From positions 20,336,001 through 20,400,000 of the forward strand of contig NC_042998.1 in NCBI RefSeq assembly GCF_006345805.1: DNA of 64,000 nt, in the 5' to 3' direction. The stretch is from Octopus sinensis. Its lineage: Eukaryota. Position 1 is the stretch's first letter; every line of letters starts with the position of its first letter. The notes under the pieces were generated by a model. The model was not told where the DNA came from. It was given only the letters and a program-made list of their open reading frames with translations, and did no database searches. Position numbers and translations under genes: made by a program. Shown here piece by piece: positions 63,406 to 64,000 of this stretch.

Positions 63406-64000
63406 AGTGGCTGAGCATTCCACATACACGCGTACCCTTCGCGTACAGAAACTAGAAATAAAGTGTCTTGCACAAGGTGGACAATACGCTGCCGAGAATC
63501 AAATTCAAGTCTTTAAGATCATCAGCGGAATACTTTGGCCATTATATATACATGTGTGCGTATATTCTTTTATTCCTTTACTTGTTTCAGTCATTTGACT
63601 GCAGCCATGTTAGAGCACCGCCTTTAGTCGAACAACATACATATACATATATATATACGTACATATATATATACGTACACATATACATGTATATCTGCGA
63701 CGTTGTACATGTGCTCAGATATAACATACACATATACTCGTAATATATTTTATATATGCCTATACAAATACAGGCAAATAAATTCATTTTGTATTTACCT
63801 ATGTATAAACATGTATGTACATATATATATGTGTGTGTGTGTGTGTGTAAAGACAGAGAGACAGACAGAGGATTACACATACATATAAAGACAGACAAGA
63901 TTATCGCTGTTGCGGTTGGCCATATAGAGTATGACTTCAAGCAATGGAAAGTATATGTTCGAGAAATCATTCAATGGTTAACGACCTTCTTGAATGACAT

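Overview
AT-rich, microsatellite-dense animal DNA that is mostly transposon-derived. The SINE families look like those of an octopod cephalopod (Octopus-like); this is inferred from recalled repeat families, not from a database search. There is one 100-N scaffold gap (33935-34034). No complete, recognisable host gene is present, and most track ORFs are microsatellite artefacts. Retroelements: a 3.5-kb frameshifted CR1-group LINE (CCCH zinc finger + APE + RT) with several related fragments, RTE and Tx1/L1-like relics, and about 35 tRNA-derived SINE copies with shuffled head/tail modules. DNA elements: Tc1, maT-like and mariner relics, a Helitron 3' end, hAT, pogo-like and piggyBac-like MITEs, and four copies of a GG-terminated MITE with 8-bp TSDs carrying telomere-like repeats. 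Most notable: (1) a set of small fold-back, (TA)n-embedded elements carrying type I hammerhead-ribozyme motifs (Penelope-like; best copy 39190-39253); (2) a 3' stem-loop shared by the CR1-like LINEs and the dominant SINE with compensatory changes; (3) TSD-flanked SINE concatemers with recurrent junctions; (4) two weak phase-compatible exon pairs of possible unannotated genes.
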